From an uncultured Campylobacter sp. (lineage in GTDB: Bacteria > Campylobacterota > Campylobacteria > Campylobacterales > Campylobacteraceae): a stretch of 64,000 nucleotides of DNA. Below are positions 63,391-64,000 of the stretch, piece after piece. The notes below the pieces were generated by a model. The model searched no databases, was not told where the DNA came from, and saw only the letters and a list, made by a program, of their open reading frames with translations. The position numbers and the translations under genes were made by a program. The stretch is taken from contig NZ_CALIST010000067.1 of assembly GCF_938041645.1 (NCBI RefSeq), positions 4,832-68,831 of the forward strand, read 5' to 3'. The number at the start of each line of letters is the position of its first letter. Positions within the stretch are counted from its first letter, which is position 1.

Positions 63391-63415
63391 GCGAGCTCGG
63401 TCAGTCCAAGCTCGC
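63391..63415 (-). terminator. possible hairpin after the TonB receptor
   Basis: GCGAGCT...AGCTCGC inverted repeat; no clear U-tract. Confidence 0.35.
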
Positions 63416-63439
63416 ATAAGCGCAAAATTCCATCCACAC

Positions 63440-64000
63440 CTAATACGTATAATTTAGCGTCAACATAAAATTCCGCGGCTCGCCGTAGTAATTATTCATC
63501 CCCGCGACGCGATTTTGCGTATTTTGAAAATACTTCTTATCCGTGATGTTTTTGACCGCAAAATTTACGCTAAAGTGCTTGTCGAAATGATAGCCGACGT
63601 TTGCGTCCCACAGCGCGTAAGCCTTCTGCGGTGCGGCGTAGTACGCAACGTTTTCGCGATATATCGAAGCGGTTTTGCTCTGATAGCGCATGCCGGCGCC
63701 CAAAGTAACCTTACGATTTTCGCCGAGCGGAATTTCATAGTTCGTATAGAGCTTAAATAGATGCTTCGGAATGTAGCGTTTGGCGTTTGCGCCTTTGCTA
63801 TAATCGACCGCCGCGGAGGTTCTTTCCGTCTTTAAATAGACGCTGCGGTTGAAAGTATATCCCGCGAATAATTTCCAATTCTCAGTAAGCGAGCCTTGCA
63901 GCTCGGCATCTATGCCGCGGCTTCGCACCTTGCCCTCGGCGATAGAGTAGTTCGTATTAAGAGGGTCGCTCATCGCCCTATTTTTCTGAATGATCTGAAA
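63440..64000 (-). CDS. TonB-dependent siderophore-type receptor, C-terminal part (runs off window end)
   Basis: SRGIDAE, PKHLFKLY, VKNITDKKY, YGEPRNFMLTLNYTY. Confidence 0.9.
   Translation of the reverse strand, partial: FQIIQKNRAMSDPLNTNYSIAEGKVRSRGIDAELQGSLTENWKLFAGYTFNRSVYLKTERTSAAVDYSKGANAKRYIPKHLFKLYTNYEIPLGENRKVTLGAGMRYQSKTASIYRENVAYYAAPQKAYALWDANVGYHFDKHFSVNFAVKNITDKKYFQNTQNRVAGMNNYYGEPRNFMLTLNYTY

Overview
This is a Campylobacter-type (Campylobacterota) chromosomal window. The GC-rich coding DNA and long AT/GC-mosaic spacers suggest an oral non-thermophilic species such as C. gracilis, but the species is an inference. The window spans the replication origin: ruvC, oriC1, dnaA, oriC2, dnaN, gyrB, then a degenerate GGDEF/EAL gene, queF, an HD-domain gene and the convergent SRP RNA. 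Housekeeping genes include purB (3' end), moaC, fumC, tpx, typA, nhaA, hemJ, lspA, glmM, rpsT and prfA. Also present are amino-acid ABC components, two paralogous Tat-exported TMAO/DMSO-reductase-family Mo enzymes each with a monohaem cytochrome c, several orphan immunity-like or apparently imported genes, and the 3' end of a TonB receptor with a YddA-like ABC gene. Most notable observations: (1) a DsbI/DsbB homologue that has lost its catalytic CXXC but kept the quinone-site Arg, heading one cytochrome c/Mo-reductase operon; (2) the second Mo-reductase operon has a variant active-site motif, a divergent CooA/HcpR-like regulator and a palindrome centred at about -41.5; (3) extreme enrichment of the RAATTY hexamer in spacers, terminator stems and in-frame protein inserts; (4) a candidate ~60-nt anti-Shine-Dalgarno sRNA before moaC; (5) a SUKH-like protein fused to an L7/L12-like domain. 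No CRISPR array, tRNA, rRNA or IS element was seen. All family calls come from motif recognition by eye, with no database search.
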